This document shows, piece by piece, positions 12,160 to 25,454 of a stretch of DNA of 48,448 nucleotides. Each line of letters begins with the position of its first letter. The stretch's first letter is position 1. The DNA is from Octopus sinensis (lineage: Eukaryota), in the NCBI RefSeq assembly GCF_006345805.1, contig NW_021834472.1, positions 1 to 48,448 of the forward strand. The letters are read 5' to 3'. Below the pieces are notes generated by a model that was not told the origin of the DNA, searched no databases, and saw only the letters and a program-made list of their open reading frames with translations. Position numbers and translations under genes: made by a program.

Positions 12160-12168
12160 TAGATAGAT

Positions 12169-12244
<76 letters not shown>

Positions 12245-12345
12245 GCAGGCAGGCAGGCAGGCAGATAGATAGATATGTAGGTAGGTAGGTAGGTAGGTAG
12301 GTAGGTAGGTAGGTAGGTAGATTGATCGATCGATCGATTGATTGA
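12030..12345. repeat. Compound microsatellite (GATA)n-(GGCA)n-(GGTA)n-(GATC)n
   Basis: Direct reading. Confidence 0.97.
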
Positions 12346-13762
12346 AAGTGATTGTCCCACCAATACCGCCTATGTGAATTTTTTCATACTCTCAATAATC
12401 AAATACTTCCGAAAAACATACAGTTTCGTTATACAGCTTTTAAAAATAACCGTGGAATTTCCACCATTACTGTTAGTTTAGTGTTAATTTCTTAGACGAA
12501 AACGAAGCTATAGAAAGGAACGGGATTAGTAGCGTATGTGAACCAGAAAACAAAAATTATTCATTGAGAGCATACATCTTACTCTACGGTACATAAATCA
12601 ATCGCAAAAGAAACAGTTATTGTTATTGCTTCCGTCTTACTTGTCGGTGGTATTTTGTTGAACCGATCAAACATACAGCCGAATGCATTCCAACCGTGGC
12701 CACTCCATCAATTTTCCCTCTAACACAGTACACTCACGACCATCTCATCAAACGTGCCCGGGTTTTCTAATTGAGTAGAACTGTGATTCGAGGGAGCAAT
12801 AACTTGCTGCTTCTGGCATGTGGAGTGAATACACAGAGGCGAAAAAGACTCCGTCCTCGTTGATTTTGTAACATGTCTGGTGAGGTTATCCCTCACCTTC
12901 TTCGCACAGTCTTAGTTTTAAACAACAATATCTCTCTTACATTATTATGTTGCTCTGTTATGCAAACAAAATCAATTAACCAATCAATTAATTAATCAAT
13001 AATTCTAGGAACACAGTGTATAGAAAGAAAAGGCGATGTTAGAAGAAAATTAGGCGATTTCATAGAAATTCTTCTTACAATAGACTTCGATTAACGATCA
13101 GCTTGATCGCCATAATTATATTGTCACGTAACGTCTTTAAATGTTATTGATTTCGCTGTTGTTGTTGGAGTTATTGTGCTTTGAGCATCCATATTCAATA
13201 ATGTAAAGGATGCAGTAGTAATGTTATGTTGGGTCTTCTTCTCATCGTTGTTGCTGTCATTGTTGTTGTGTCATTCCTCTCCTTCATTCAGGCCTGTATT
13301 TTTTTTCTTCTTTTTAGTTAACAATTTGCATGTCCTTGTTATTGAATTACAATTGGTGAATCCGAACGAACATAAAAGAGAATGCAAAGAATGGGAGGAA
13401 GAATGAATTAAGGAAATGATAAAGCGAATCAATGGGATAGAAGAAAGCTGCTGATTTAGCAGATACAGCGAAGCGACGAAGTAAATACCTTCAGCATTTT
13501 ACTTTCGGAATTATAAACTCCGAGTGTAAATCCCATTAGAATCGATAACGATCAGTAATCGACTGCTCGATCAATGCAATCGAATGCACTTCTCTCAATA
13601 AAAACTGGTTTTATGCCAATGATAAAAATCATTTCATATAAAATATGAATAACTGAAACTTTAGATTATAAAGGTAAAGATGAGAATAAAAACGTGGGCT
13701 TCATTTGAGCCTACTAATTCAGCTGGCTTCTATTGCTGCTTGGAATCAACTTTCTTAGGCTA

Positions 13763-13776
13763 AGGTCAAAAGGTCA
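13763..13776 (+). promoter_or_regulatory. Perfect nuclear-receptor DR2 motif AGGTCA-aa-AGGTCA
   Basis: Exact consensus half-sites in a repeat-free island; function unproven. Confidence 0.3.
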
Positions 13777-14054
13777 CCAATCTCATTGCTAGATGTATGA
13801 CAGCCACAACTTAACAGCGTCAGTTCCTAACTGTGATCCATTGGAAATTGGTGTTTGACACTTTACCTATGGAGAAACAGCAACGTCAGTAAATTAAAAG
13901 AGCTCTAATGAAAAATCGAAATGGGCTTCTGTCTTGGTTTTTCGGAAGCTTATATTCAATTTTACCAGATGGAGCCTTTATTTGTCAGCAGAAATTATAT
14001 TTCTGTAGCTGTATGCACAGGCCTAAGCAAGTGTGTATTTTTATTGTTTATTAG

Positions 14055-14096
14055 ACATGCAACTCTCCTCACGTCGTGCTGCAGACGTTGTCCATG
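14055..14096 (+). other. Candidate 42-nt symmetric (phase 1-1) exon, (D)MQLSSRRAADVVH(G)
   Basis: Acceptor tatttttattgtttattag|, donor ATG|gtaaat, length divisible by 3, open frame; no partner exons found. Confidence 0.2.
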
Positions 14097-15769
14097 GTAA
14101 ATCATTCAGTTTTATGACTGGTACAAGAGTTGCCGTCTGGTTTGGTGCTGCTTTATCGAACCGAAAAATGAAATTAAAATTAACTCGGATGAGATATGAA
14201 GCAAATACGAACTGAGTCCAAATAAATACGATGAGACAGTCTGTCCATCACTCTACGATTCTGCCTAGTCATCACCTTCAATTCTGTCATACTCAACAGA
14301 GATATCAACAAAGATCTTCACTATATATATCCGACTGAAATATATCCGAGTTACACTATCTGCATTAATTACTGAGTAATCTCCATATCTTGCGCAACCC
14401 CGCAGCAATCCTTTATGTAACTTATTTTGTCATGGGAATTAATGCAGATGCCAAGCTCAGATTTTACTCTTCAGATCTCTTTTGCCTATTTTACATATTC
14501 ACCATTATACATGGCTGACGTTATCAGTTTTGCCATCTTCGGGTGATTTATTTACTATAGACACCAATATCGATATTCGAAGCGGAAATGTAATGTTTAC
14601 TGACTGGATTTTGTACTAAACGAGATTACAAATTCACAAATGCGCAGGTGCGCGCACAAACACAGACACATCCACACCCTTGCTTATACTCGTCTCCCTC
14701 TTCCATATTTACAATCCATTTTTATCTCGTTACACATACAATAATAACGTCCGTCCATTAGATTTGGTCTTCAGATTTGACATAACATTTCATCCTTCCT
14801 TGTAAACTATACAGATTATTTCACAAATTTCTCCCTTCACTTGCAGCGCGTATTTCCCAACAAAACTGCTAACCTGGGTCTTAAAATATCTACTGGAAGA
14901 TCTTGGCAGTGAGACTGTATATATTCTTCTAATAACCATTGTGTTTTACTAAAATGTAAGGGCATTTGAGAGTCATTGTTCACAATCTATTTTTCGTTCT
15001 TATATTTGATAAAGGGAATCCTTCCCGAAATATTATAGAAGCATTAAACAACCTACGGAAATTAATACAATATCTACTCATTTATATTTATAATACAATT
15101 TGCCAACCTTCTCACCTACATTACTCAATTTTTTTTTAAAAATCACATTTTCGATTTTAAACACGTTGCTTCAAGCAAATTGCAATGCTCTTTTTGCAGA
15201 AATGATAATTACAGAACCCTGTGGGTATGCGTCTATTATAAATGCGACGAGATTATTTAGGTTATTGCTCCTATATTAAAAATATTGATTCATAAGTTAA
15301 TATTTTTATTGCTCCTGTGGAAACTATAACCAGGATAACTCTCCGAAGGCTATTTAACTGTCTTCTAAATTGTTGAGAGCAATTATATTTAATGAAGCAA
15401 TTAACCCAAACCCATTATCATTGCCATTTTTGTATCAGAAATACAGATATAACCATGGTTACTACCATTGTACATTTGGGAATATAGATGAAACCAGTGA
15501 GTGAGAATTCATCTTTTGGCCATACTTACTGAAATATTTCATTCAGGAGCGCATTCCAGCGAAACTCTTATTAATTACTCCAGCAGAAAACAATAACCAC
15601 ACTGAAATTTTTATTCTATAGTTTTTATAATCGAGGCTATAAATTTTCTTTCGCCGCATCTTTACTTCTCTCTCTTTCTCAGAAATTGGACAAGTGACCG
15701 AAACGTGTTTTTTTTTTTATTCTTCATTACTAATAAAATCACTGAAATTGTTTGCGAACTATTTATATA

Positions 15770-16002
15770 TATTTCTTTACTACCCACAAGGGGCTAAACA
15801 CAGAGAGGACAAACAAGGACAGGCAAACGGATTAAGTCGATTACATCGACCCCATAACGTAACTGGTACTTATTTAATCGATCCCAAAAAGATGTAAGGC
15901 AAAGTCGACCTCGGCGGAATTTGAACACAGAACGTAGCGGCAGATGAAATACTGCTATGCATTTCGCCCAGCGTGCTAACGTTTCTGCCAGCTGGCTGCC
16001 TT
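15770..16002 (-). mobile_element. SINE A1 full length
   Basis: Complete tail-to-head match to the other A1 copies. Confidence 0.93.
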
Positions 16003-16269
16003 TTATTTTTACACTAAATAATAAACGATCAAGATAACTGTTTCAGTGTGTTTATGAAAAGTTTAAATGAGTCTTCCCTGGAGTAATTGCCGGTTAAAAT
16101 GTTTTCGAAATATTTAAAGAGAACAAATTTTAGAAATAAGAACCTTTGAAATCGTAAAAATATAAATAAAGATATTGGTTTCTAATTTCTGATATACACT
16201 GAGGTTCCAGACGTAAGCTGCCAGGAAGCAGAAGTCGTGATACAGTTAACAATATCGACTCAGAGATAA

Positions 16270-16697
16270 GGCAGCGAGCTGGCAGGAACGTTAGCACGCC
16301 GGGCGAAATGCTTAGCGGTGTTTCGTCTGTCTTTACGTTCTGAGTTTAAATTCCGCCAAGGTGACTTTGCCTTTCATCCTTTCGGGATCGATGAATTAAA
16401 TACCTATTTCTTTACTACCCAGAAAGGGTTAAACACAGTGGGGACAAATAAGTACAGACAAACGGATTAAGTCTATTACATTGACTCCAGTGCGTAACAG
16501 GTACTTAATTTATTGACCCCGAAAGTTTGAAAGGCGAAGTCGACCTCGGCGGAATTTGAACTCAGAACGTAGCGGCGGACGAAATACGGCTACGCATTTC
16601 GCCCGCCCTATTAAATTAAATACCAGTTGCGTACTGAGATCGATCTAATCGACTGCCCCCCACCACAAAATTTCAGGCCTTGTGCCTAGATTAGAAA
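16270..16697 (+). mobile_element. SINE A2 split by an antisense A1 insertion
   Basis: Head to aattaaatacc (16404); resumes at 16614 to the aatttcaggccttgtgcctagattagaaaa tail. Confidence 0.9.
16405..16609 (-). mobile_element. SINE A1 nested in A2 with 11-bp TSD
   Basis: aattaaatacc at 16394-16404 and 16614-16624; head internally deleted. Confidence 0.9.
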
Positions 16698-16737
16698 AAC
16701 ATATATTTAAACTAGTAAATTATTCATTGACAAGTTA

Positions 16738-16853
16738 TTGGCCTGAACTCTTTGCATGAACACCCTCCCTGTACATAACTCCATGTCCCCCTACATGGCC
16801 TTGCTTTTTGCTTTTTGAGCCAAAAAATTAACTCAACTTAACTTAACTTAACT
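16738..16853 (+). mobile_element. CR1/L2-type LINE 3' UTR fragment
   Basis: Near-identical to 23960-24060 (tggcctgaactctttgcatgaacacc...gagccaaa) with an (AACTT)n tail. Confidence 0.85.
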
Positions 16854-18109
16854 ATTCTCATGTGACAGGATTTAATCAGTACTAGACATTATCAATCCAC
16901 GATTAACTTCATAATTCTGATAGCCTAAGACAACGGGTTGCTAAATTTGTTTTTCTTACTCTCCAAAAATATAACAGAGCTGAATGTGTGTTCTGTCCAT
17001 TCTCTAGGAATCAGAGTATCATTATTGATGTCATAAAATCTCGCGACACATTTAGTTGATAGATGTCATCTTATGGGAAGACAGATAAGACTAGTTGCAA
17101 TACACAATATATATATTCTTCTCATTTGCTATACGCTGCAATGATTATGTTACTCTCTTCATATAAGCTAAGTGAAATAATTTATATATTCTATGTCATT
17201 GACACTGAAACATATTAATGTATACATGCCAAACAGAAACAAGTTCTTCTCGAATCGAATTTTTTTTTTCCTATTTCTTTAATGAAACTTATCAGCTATG
17301 ATTTACAAGCAAAAGGCGTGTTTTATTACAAACTGCCGTTTCTTTTAAATCTAGAAGAGTTTTCCCTGCACTCTTTAGTTTCTGTATCTTCTCTAAACTC
17401 AACAAAGAATGATTGATTTGCTTAATTAAGAACTACATGCTGTTTTAATGGAATTCTTTGCTGTCTTTAGATGTAGCAGTGTTTTTTAGTAGAGTATTAA
17501 TTGTTAACTATGTAAAGTTTCGAATTGCTGCCTTACGGCCCATCAGTTCTTGTGTCGCCTCTGATTCTATTTGATAGAAAAAGAAATTAATGACTGACAT
17601 TCACATAGAACAATTAGGAAAACTGAATCCAGGCAAGGTAATGTTAATGAGCCAAACTCGAACGGAGGTGAGGAACACAACTGTTTAAACGACTACCGGT
17701 AACACATTATTTAATAACCCTAATTACACGATGTAGAAAAACATTGCTGAATTTTTTAAAAGATTTTACTTATCTACGTGCATCTCCCGACTTTAAACTT
17801 GATATTTTAGGACTAAGCGTTCGCTTGAAGAAATTTGTATGGATCTACTCGGGATTCTCAGCTCAGAAGCTAAATTTTCTGACACGAAAAGTTTTACTGA
17901 TTTCCAATATTAAACAAGGTATTTAAATACCCAAATTTTAGTTGAGCTTGTCTTGTCCTACAAGAAATATGAATCCATCGATATTGTTAAAATGTTCAAA
18001 TTAAACTAGAGCACCGGATAACTTATATCTGTCTATTTCATTAATTAACTGACTGCTCATGAAGGATTTATTGTTTTTAATCTTCCCAAAGTCCCCAAAG
18101 TCCATTCCC

Positions 18110-18445
18110 TCCTCACCGTGGTGGGAACGCTGGCAACGGGTAGTGTCAGAGCTATGCCGTCAGGAACTTCGTTTCCTGGTAGGGCTACCCAAGGCGGATT
18201 GGTCTGACACCGAGTGGTATTAGGGCCACAACCCGGCAGACGGGACTCTGGTGAAAATCCTCGGAGTGTCTATTTCGGCAACCGGCGGCTCCTCGGTCGT
18301 TCTGCCCCTGCGTCTGCGGACAATCTACGGCAAACAGGATGTCTCTAGATGCGGGATTGTTGGGGACCGCTTGTGAAATCCACATATTCCCACGAAACTT
18401 CTTCCATGAGTAGAAGAAGCCGACTCAACCTACCCAGGATGAATG
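18110..18445 (-). mobile_element. Probable RTE-type LINE 5' region
   Basis: GC-rich island; minus strand gccttgggtagccctaccagg...cctgacggcatagctct...ccaccacggtgagg resembles RTE 5' leader motifs as I recall them (not searched). Confidence 0.45.
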
Positions 18446-20288
18446 TTGCCACAAGTACAAGTAAGTAGTTTTACTCTTCCAACTCTTTTCAATTGGAGTT
18501 GAGTACTTTTAGGAAACAAACTGAAATCAGGTTTTATGCCTTTTGATATCAGCCGATCTGCGATTAGCCCTTGTTCTGTGATACAAACTTTTTGTTTTGA
18601 AGTAATCTAATAACATTCCGTCAAAATTTCACATAAATTTTTTGTTCCAAACACTTGCTTAATAATGATGATGTTATTTTACTAAATTCTTCATAATTTT
18701 CAGAATTCATTTGCACAAATAATCTAAATGATATGATGACAAAGGGTTTTGCTGTTCTATTGATATACTGTAGAAAGAGATTTGCTTTCAGGGATATTTA
18801 TAGCAGCAGTTGTAGGCTGAAATTGAAGCATCTTGTGGTCACTCAACCATTTTGATTGCAATTATAATACATTACATGAACTTATCGCAAACCTTTAGAG
18901 CTAAACTAAGGGTTGTAACCAACTATTGGATAAGGCTTTCACCTAATTCTAGCTTGCTGACGCATGTATTTCAGAGGCCAAGTGGTGGGTAAGAGCGTTG
19001 GCATTTAATCTCAAGATTTGTTTCAGAGAATTCATAAATTGTTTGTCTTTAATTCGGTTAATTACGAATTTCTTTTGATTCACCTTTCCCTGTTTTACCC
19101 TTCATGACCTTTCATCAAGTTAAACACGTCTCAATCGTTGTATTCCAATCACTCTGTAAATAACCTTATTTAAACAACGTCTTCTCTTAATGACATTTAT
19201 CCTTTCAAAAATTAACTGAGAGTTCTTGTGTAATTATACAATATTAGGATTTACAGACTAAATGTTGTTTAACTACTTCAAAAGACTACTTCCCAGCAGT
19301 AAACATAACTCTGTATTTCTTTTGATTTATGTTTGTATTATATTTCATAAACAAGAAAGATACAAAATCGAGAACAAAACGCAAGTGTACTGGGATAAAC
19401 TCTAAGTCGTTAAATTAATTTAAAAAATTTCCGCTTTATTTACTTCGATCAAACAAATATTTATTTATTTATTTACGTGCTTACCAAAACAGCATAGTCC
19501 ATTATTTTAGTTTTAGCCAGCTTCCTATCACATTAGTAGTTCAGCCAAGCAAAATCAACTACTACTATGATGTAGATGATATTGTTTAAGCTTTCAGAAT
19601 AACTGAAATATTTTCGCGGATCCTGTATTGTTAACGTAAAAAAATAATTATAATTCTTTCTTGGTCATATTTCTGTATTATTTCTTTGGTTTGCTATTTT
19701 AGCCCTATTTTCTTAATGATTTCTCAGCATGGGAGTAGTTTAAAAATATATATCTTTGAGAGAAACTATTACCGCTTTAGCTTCAGTTATTTTCAATGCT
19801 ATGCTTTGCACCAAGTAACCTGTACTGGATTCTTATCATACAATAATCTTCCAAGATTATATAAACTATTTAGAAAACTTTTGCCGATAAAACATCGAAT
19901 TCAATGTTGTTTCATTAGTTGTTATCGCTGGATAAGATGATGGCGGTGACAAATGTCACGAACCAAGTTCATTACCTGGTTTCGATACCGGCTTGGAAAT
20001 GTTTTATATACGAATATCTTGATGAAAGCATGAACGTTTCACCAAGCATTTTCTTTCACCCTTTTGGCCTATGTCAATTACAGTTGTTCTTGATACATCA
20101 GAGACTATATTAGAGACTTCTCAATTGATGTTTACGATAAAACAGCAGAACTAGAGGCTTTCTTCAACTTTTCTGTCTTTGAGAGCAGCTAGCATCGACT
20201 GAGTTTTGATCTATGGAGATCGAAGTGTTAAATCAAATATTTATTTCACAGAGAAAGATATTATCAAAAATGTGTAGTTATTGCAATA

Positions 20289-20586
20289 GGTGCAGCCAGA
20301 GCTGTATGGTTAAGAAGTTTATTCCTCAAACACACAGCCTTTTGGGTTCAATTCCATTGCGCGGTACCTGAGGTAAGTCTACTAATATAGTCCTAAGAAG
20401 ACCGATGATTTTTTAAAGGTGTGTGTGTTGATTTTTCCCTTACCACTTGAAAATTGGTTCCACAAAGAGAATCCGGCAGAGTAAGTACGAGACTTAGAAT
20501 AAGTATGGCGGTCGATTTTATCGATTATACCCTTCACGATGGTACCCCAATATGACCATAATCTAATGACCAAAGGCAGTAAAAGA
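20289..20586 (+). mobile_element. Old SINE family B-type copy
   Basis: gctgtatggttaagaag head, gggttcaattcca B-box, gtcgat..aatgac..gtaaaaga tail. Confidence 0.7.
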
Positions 20587-22064
20587 CCAGAAGAACAGTT
20601 GATGGTTAGCGAAGAGTATCCTCGACTTGGTTATGTGCACAACATTTAAGATGTTACACATAATCTCAACTGCCTAATTTGTCCCGAGACATTACTTGTA
20701 TAAATATTATATATTTAAGGCCTGTATTTCATCTGCTAGTTGATGTCATCAGATATTTACAACAGGAATTTTTTATTCATTTTTATTGTCATATTCGTCG
20801 AACTTAAAACACATCTCAAAGCCATACATGTGACTATGGCAATAATCAGATAAACTCGTAGCTTCAGCTGAAATTTTTGTTGAAATCTCCATTTAATGTA
20901 TGTTTCTTCCAAACATTGAATTGATTTATTGTTTTTCACATAGCCATAATGTCTCAGATTTACAATGTTGTAGAAATAAGCATTACTAATATGCATACAC
21001 TGTTGCGCTTACTGAGGCGTTCACATAGATTTAAAGAGTATCACAGAATTTATTTGCCCGTCACTTATAATCTTCATAAAAGCACGCAGCTCGTAGTCAT
21101 TCCTACTCCTATTATCAAGTTGTTCATCCATTTTACAGCATCTGTTTGTTCCCATTGATACAGTAATTAATTCCATAAACCCGGAAACAACTGAAACACG
21201 AGGTCATCCTTCGATAAATTTTATTTCCAAATTTGATTTAAAGAGGTTATTAACAACTCCTAATTCCATGTGTATTGCCGCTATAACATTTTCGATTGTC
21301 AAATTATCATTCTGAAGTTGTCTCCCTTAATGCTCTAAACCAGAATTATTCATTCAACCTAATGAATTTGTTTCCACATTACAAGTGTAATTATAATTTT
21401 TTTTCTTTTTCACTATATTACTCGTTAGCCTTCATTCCCTTTAACCATATTTTTTTGTTAGTGCAAAAGACATCCCTAGGTAATTCTCCTACCCAGTCAC
21501 CTTCTATGATCTTCAAGCTAGTTTTACTTCACACAAATTCCGTTACATGCTACTTATTGATTAGGTATCAATTACATTTGTCTGTTATCGAAGTTCAGAG
21601 CTACATCACGAAACAGCTACGCACTACTGGTTGCTAAGATAGCTGAAAGAGATGGCAAACCTGTTCGCTCTGCATCATAATAATCGACAGTTAAAAACGA
21701 CAGCAAGTCTTCAAAACGGGAAGAAGCATTACTCGTTTACTGGCTTCAAGATATAACAACTGAATTAAACTTTCAGATTTGCAAAGGTTTTCGTTTATTG
21801 ATGTTTTATTTTTATAATTTTAACTGATACGTTCTCTCTAAGGCTTAATCAGTTCCATAATTGCTTTCTATCGATTTACTTTTTACACACAGTTTACGTT
21901 GATTACCATTAGCTGACCAAATGTTGCTAGCATAACTTATTCGGGAATTGAAACACACTTGTTTATCAACCTATCAAAAGATGGAATAATTTAACTGTTT
22001 CATGTTCAAAGTTTTGTAATTCGAAATAGGTTTTTGGTGCTTTTGGTTTTCGTTTTTAATGGTT

Positions 22065-22440
22065 CGTTCTGGAGGAAAGGGTTCGATCCATGATATTCAC
22101 AGACCCTCCGACACTCCAAAAAGCCGGTGAGATCAATATGATCAGTGATCATATTGAACAGTTGAAATCTGACAGTTGCAAAATAAAAAAATATTAAAAA
22201 ATTGCTCTCGAAGAATTTCTTGAGGCTGACATTTCCAGAAAGATGACCTGAATATATCAGGTTAATGTGGAGCCTAGGGAGAATGGACACAATATAGAGG
22301 ACCACAGTGCATACAAATAACACAGGAGGTCCTCATCTGAGATTATAAGAGACTAGGCCACTACGAGATACAGAAGTCAGTTGGATGAGATGTTAAAGTA
22401 TGTAGGTGATCAACTTAACGCTAATGTTGCCGTGTAACCC
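22065..22440 (+). pseudogene. Possible decayed retroelement gag-like reading frame
   Basis: One frame gives LEERVRSMIFTDPPTLQKAGEINMISDHIEQLK with scattered stops; PxTLqkAxEI resembles LTR gag motifs. Weak. Confidence 0.22.
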
Positions 22441-22843
22441 TAGATCACTTCTGAATGAACAATCGTATGACCTGTCGCCATTTAGTTGAGGTCAGTAGCC
22501 ATCTGTGTATCATACTTAATGTATATACATTGAAAAGCTTAATGCTGTGAGGTTTTGCTTGACAGAAAATCAGATCCCTTTATAAACATGTCGTGTGCGT
22601 CGAGTTTATTCTAACTGTACAAGCTTTTACTGTTTCCTAAATATCGGCAGGAACAAATTTTGTCTAATCATATGACGACCGAGTACACGTCATTGACAAG
22701 TTAAAACGGCCGAAGCGCGTCTGAATTTCTCGTTACCCAATGGGACGATGTTCGCTTTGGTCCGAAATATATTGTTTTTCACACAACATATCAATGAAGA
22801 GATTTTCTCTCAGTCAAAAACCAAGGCATTACGCCTTTCAATG

Positions 22844-22894
<51 letters not shown>

Positions 22895-22942
22895 CTACAC
22901 CTATTTTCAGAGGCGTTCTGTTGTGCCAGTTCTAACATCTTT

Positions 22943-23166
22943 TTTTATTGCCCACAAAGGGCTAAACATAGAGGGGACAAACAAGAACAGATAAAGGAAT
23001 TAAGTCGATTATATCAACCCCAGTGCGTAACGGGTACTTAATTTATCGACCACGAAAGGATGAAAGGCAAAGTCGACCTCGGTGGAATTTGAACTCAGAA
23101 CGTATCGGCAGACGAAATACAGCTAAGTATTTCGCCCGGCGTGCTAACGATTCTGCCAGCTTACCG
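22943..23166 (-). mobile_element. SINE A1 full length with 15-18 bp TSD
   Basis: gccagttctaacatcttt at 22925-22942 and 23166-23183. Confidence 0.93.
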
Positions 23167-23814
23167 CCAGTTCTAACATCTTTTAGCTACTACTTTTTAG
23201 TAAATGGAGTACCCACGTAGAGCCTCTCACCTTCAGTATTTAGAGCACTTGCCCTGTTAATTTCTATCACCCCTTGAGGAATTTGAAATAATTGATGATT
23301 CACTTTCTGTGTGAGTAGAGATTATTCGAACATCATAGCTGTTATTTCTCTGCATTTATTACTTACGTTGTACATCTCATCATAGTATTTGAGGTTAAAG
23401 ACGCTATTGACGCTACCGCTATTTTCCTATGCATCTGTTTTATTCTTGTTGATACTTGTTATTTATATCTCTTTTCCTACAAAGCAATACTGTTGTTGAA
23501 CATTTTGTGAATGAGTCCGTTTGTTTGGGGGTGAATAAGGAATCCTCTATCCACCAGTTTCGTCTAGCTAAAAAACAAAAACCACAAAATTTTTTTAAAA
23601 CTTAATAATAACGCCTGAAAAAGAGTGAATACGCAAGAGAATTCAGTGTTAAATATAATATTCCTGAGCAGATGACGACCGAGTACACGTCATTGACAAT
23701 ATTCAAAGCTGGAAGACCGTCCAAACAAATAATGTTTAATTGCAGAAAGCCATAGAACCTGTTTGAGATGTTATTGTTGTTGTTTAGTCTCTGGTCAGCC
23801 TTTTCAGCAAGCAA

Positions 23815-24072
23815 GAAAAGCTCTACCTGCGACGATTTTCATCTCAATCGAAGGAGAGGAGCTTTCTCCGTCCGGGTTGCGGATCCGTGGAACAAGCTGC
23901 CAGACGAGATGGTGAAGATGCCGACGACCGCTTTGTTCAAGGCCTCCCTGGACCTCAAGTGGCCTGAACTCTTTGCATGAACACCACCCTGTACTTAACT
24001 CCATGTCCCCCTACATGGCCTTGCTATTTGCTTTTGAGCCAAATTAACTAACTAACTAACTAACTAACTAAC
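23815..24072 (+). mobile_element. CR1/L2-clade LINE 3' end with (TAAC)n tail
   Basis: RRRGAFSVRVADPWNKLPDEMVKMPTTALFKASLD matches the clade C-terminal FS.RV...WN.LP...FK..LD motif. Confidence 0.88.
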
Positions 24073-24114
24073 ATAAATTTTATAGTAGTTTGTATAGGTA
24101 TAACGAACGCGGCG

Positions 24115-24287
24115 AAAGGCGGCGAGCTGGCAGACACGTTAGCACGCCGGGCGAAACGCTTAGCGGTACTTCGTCTGCCGTTACGTTGTGAGTTCAAATT
24201 CCGCCGAGGTCGACTTTGCCTTTCATCCTTTCGGGGTCGATAAATTAAGTACCAGTTACACACTGGGGTCGATCTAATCGACTTAAT
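24115..24287 (+). mobile_element. SINE A, 3' truncated; left arm of an inverted pair
   Basis: Head through atcgacttaat. Confidence 0.92.
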
Positions 24288-24289
24288 TC

Positions 24290-24492
24290 ATAGAGAGAAC
24301 AAACAAGGACAGACAAACGGATTAAGTCGATTATATCGGCCGCAGTGCGTAACTGGTACTTATTTAATCGACCAAGAAAGCATGAAAGGCAAAGTCGACC
24401 TCGGTGGAATTTGAACTCAGAACGTAGCGGCAGACGAAATACCGCTAAGCATTTCGCCCGGCATGCTAACGTTTCTGCCAGCTCACCGCCTT
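24290..24492 (-). mobile_element. SINE A1, tail truncated; right arm of an inverted pair
   Basis: Reverse complement of the A1 head and body plus partial tail. Confidence 0.92.
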
Positions 24493-25454
24493 ATTATGTT
24501 TAAACGTTACCACCAATGTCCTTCGCCATGGCTTTGATATTTCGTACTTCACATATTATGGCATAAGCCTATTGATAAAAGTTTAAAGTACCGGTTCGGC
24601 TTGATGCCTGTTCTGTTCACTGTTTTTAAAACCAGGTATACGGTTCCATGAACACTACCGTCACAGGTGGAAGAGCTGTTACTCCGCACACCAGCCAGTT
24701 CTTGCTTTAAAAGCATCAAGAAAACCTCTGTATGTTTACAGATTCAAACATACGTAACATTGCCTGCTCTTGGATGGGGACCTCAGGAAGGAAGGCGTTT
24801 TCTCGGTCAAATATATTTTTTCCCTACTAAGTTACATATAGTTCTAGCTATCGTTGCTACCAACGAAAGCGAAATAATTGCTAATCATATCTGTGTTACT
24901 CAAAACAACACCGTCACGTATTAGTTTTGGCTAGATTTCTTCGTTTGGCAAAAAAGTATGTTGTTGTTGTTAACAACGTCGTTCATATTGTCTTAAATTG
25001 ACGACTTTAAGAACTAATTATAATCATTTCTTCCGTGTGCGATGGATGGGTGTTGCTGTCAAATTAAATTTGGCCTCCTATTCCTTTTTCTTTTTGTTAT
25101 TTTTCTCAACGCTCACTATATTTTAAAAGAGCTGTCAAGAAGCTATTTTGAATTACGTGTAAACAAAAACAGAAAATTAAAATAATGTCCAAAAATGGTA
25201 GACTTTATGTCTCCAAATTTATGTTAAGTAGACGTCCATACCATTTCAAAAGGTTTACTGTTGAAAATTATCCAAATACAAATATTTTTTCTTCGTTTGC
25301 ACTTGGTAAATATCCAACTGCAACTGAATGCATCTCATTCTTACAAGAGAAATTTAGCAACAACAATTATAATGATTGTCCCGAATTTATTTACACGGCT
25401 AGCAGTCTTGAGGATGAAGGGCTGATCGATACCATCTCCCTCGGTTTTTTATTC

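Noticed and set aside
17515-17560. CUGAUGG-GCC GUAA GGC...GAAAC on the minus strand
   Set aside because: A9 is missing, there is a 7-nt insertion before GAAA, and no stem I or UH site.
20715-20760. CUGAUGA-CAUC..GAU-GAAA on the minus strand
   Set aside because: No stem I pairing or palindromic stem III in register.
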